Shown here: positions 62,788-64,000 of the stretch, piece by piece
How the letters are laid out: each line of letters opens with the position of its first letter
Position numbering within the stretch: position 1 is the stretch's first letter
Source of the DNA: an uncultured Gemmatimonadales bacterium
GTDB lineage: Bacteria; Gemmatimonadota; Gemmatimonadetes; Gemmatimonadales; GWC2-71-9
Length of the DNA: 64,000 nt
Direction of reading: 5' to 3'
Assembly (NCBI GenBank): GCA_963821525.1
Contig: CAWGED010000005.1
Span: 992,001 to 1,056,000 of the forward strand
The notes under the pieces: model-generated
What the model saw: the letters and a program-made list of their open reading frames with translations, nothing else
Told to the model about the DNA's origin: nothing
The model's database searches: none
Position numbers and translations under genes: made by a program

Positions 62788-64000
62788 CCAAGGTCCCAAC
62801 CGACATCGAAATCGCCCAGGCAGCCAAGCTCCGTCCCATCGGCGACGTTGCGGCCGAGCTCGGCCTGGGGCCCGATGAGTTCCTGCCCTACGGCCGGCAC
62901 AAGGCGAAGATCACCGCCGAGGCCATCGCCAAGCGGAAACCGTCAGGGCGACTCGTCCTGGTGACGGGCATCAGTCCGACTCCGGCAGGGGAAGGCAAAT
63001 CCACCGTCACGGTGGGAGTCGCCCAGGCCATGCGCCGGCTCGGCAAGAAGGTCGTTGTCTGCATCCGCGAGCCCTCGCTGGGGCCCGTGTTCGGCGTCAA
63101 AGGCGGCGCGGCCGGTGGTGGGTATGCGCAGGTGGTCCCGATGGACGAGATCAACCTGCATTTCACCGGCGATTTTCACGCGATCACCTCGGCGCACAAC
63201 CTGCTTTCCGCGATGCTGGACAATCACCTGCATCAAGGGAACGCTCTCGGCCTCGATCTCCGCCGGATCACGTGGCCCCGCACGATCGATATGAATGACC
63301 GGGCGCTCCGCTCGATCGTCGTGGGACTGGGGGGTCTGAACGGCGGGCCCACAAGGGAAGACCGCTTCGTCATCGTGCCGGGCAGCGAGATCATGGCGAT
63401 TCTCTGCCTCGCCACCGATCTCCAGGACCTGGAGCGCAGACTCGCGAGCATCATCGTCGGCCTGACCCGGGATCGGAAACCGGTTACGAGCCGGCGACCT
63501 CAAGGCCTCGGGCGCGATGACTCTGCTGCTCAAGGACGCCATTCTCCCCAACCTGGTGCAGACCCTGGAGGGCGGTCCGGCGCTGGTTCACGGCGGTCCC
63601 TTCGGGAACATCGCGCACGGTTGCAATTCGCTCGCCGCTACCAAGCTCGGCCTTGCGCTTGGCGAGATCGTGCTGACCGAGGCCGGTTTCGGTGCGGATT
63701 TGGGCGCCGAGAAATTCTTCGACATCAAGTGCCGCTTCGGCGGGCTCAAGCCCGAGGCGGCGGTAGTCGTCGCAACGGTGCGGGCGCTCAAGATGCACGG
63801 CGGGGTCAAGAAGGAGAATTTGGGCAATCCGGATGTTGCGGCATTGGTTCGCGGTCTCGTGAACCTCGAGGCCCATGTGAAGAACGTGCAGAAATTCGGG
63901 GTGCCAGTCATCGTCGCGCTCAATCGCTTCCTCTCGGATACCGAGGAGGAGCAGAAAGCGGTGCTGGACGCCGCTCGGAGCTGGAATTCGCGAGTGGCGC
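62784..64000 (+). CDS. fhs: Formate--tetrahydrofolate ligase (partial; frameshift near 63485)
   Basis: Translated by hand: [70 protein letters not shown]. Confidence 0.96.
   Translation, partial: MTKVPTDIEIAQAAKLRPIGDVAAELGLGPDEFLPYGRHKAKITAEAIAKRKPSGRLVLVTGISPTPAGEGKSTVTVGVAQAMRRLGKKVVVCIREPSLGPVFGVKGGAAGGGYAQVVPMDEINLHFTGDFHAITSAHNLLSAMLDNHLHQGNALGLDLRRITWPRTIDMNDRALRSIVVGLGGLNGGPTREDRFVIVPGSEIMAILCLATDLQDLERRLASIIVGLTRDRKPVTSRRPQGLGRDDSAAQGRHSPQPGADPGGRSGAGSRRSLREHRARLQFARRYQARPCAWRDRADRGRFRCGFGRREILRHQVPLRRAQARGGGSRRNGAGAQDARRGQEGEFGQSGCCGIGSRSREPRGPCEERAEIRGASHRRAQSLPLGYRGGAESGAGRRSELEFASG

Overview
High-GC bacterial chromosome segment. Gene order and content suggest Gemmatimonadota (inference). 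It is mostly core genes: pyrR-pyrB-pyrC, rpsT, site-2 protease-scpA-scpB-rluB, a MoxR/DUF58/VWA (Bat-like) cluster, mutL-miaA-bshA-uppP-birA-coaX, groES/groEL with two CIRCE-like operators, serS, pcrA, gatCAB, murA, pgeF, rimP-nusA-infB-rbfA-truB-ribF-secDF-tatD-fhs. Many essential genes carry apparent frameshifts and infB has an in-frame TAG, so the assembly probably has uncorrected errors. No tRNA, rRNA, CRISPR array or transposase was seen. Two things stand out. (1) An accessory block at ~27.8-32.4 kb encodes three secreted paralogues with PHM/dopamine-beta-hydroxylase-like copper motifs (HH ... HxH ... M) and His/Met-rich segments, with a secreted HExxH peptidase-like gene between them. 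(2) A dense set of short-period inverted-repeat elements (7-, 8- and 9-mer arrays facing their own reverse complement) sits at gene junctions and in-frame inside mutL and pcrA. A REP-like palindrome lies in-frame in truB, and a duplicated nested palindromic element lies between pyrR and pyrB.
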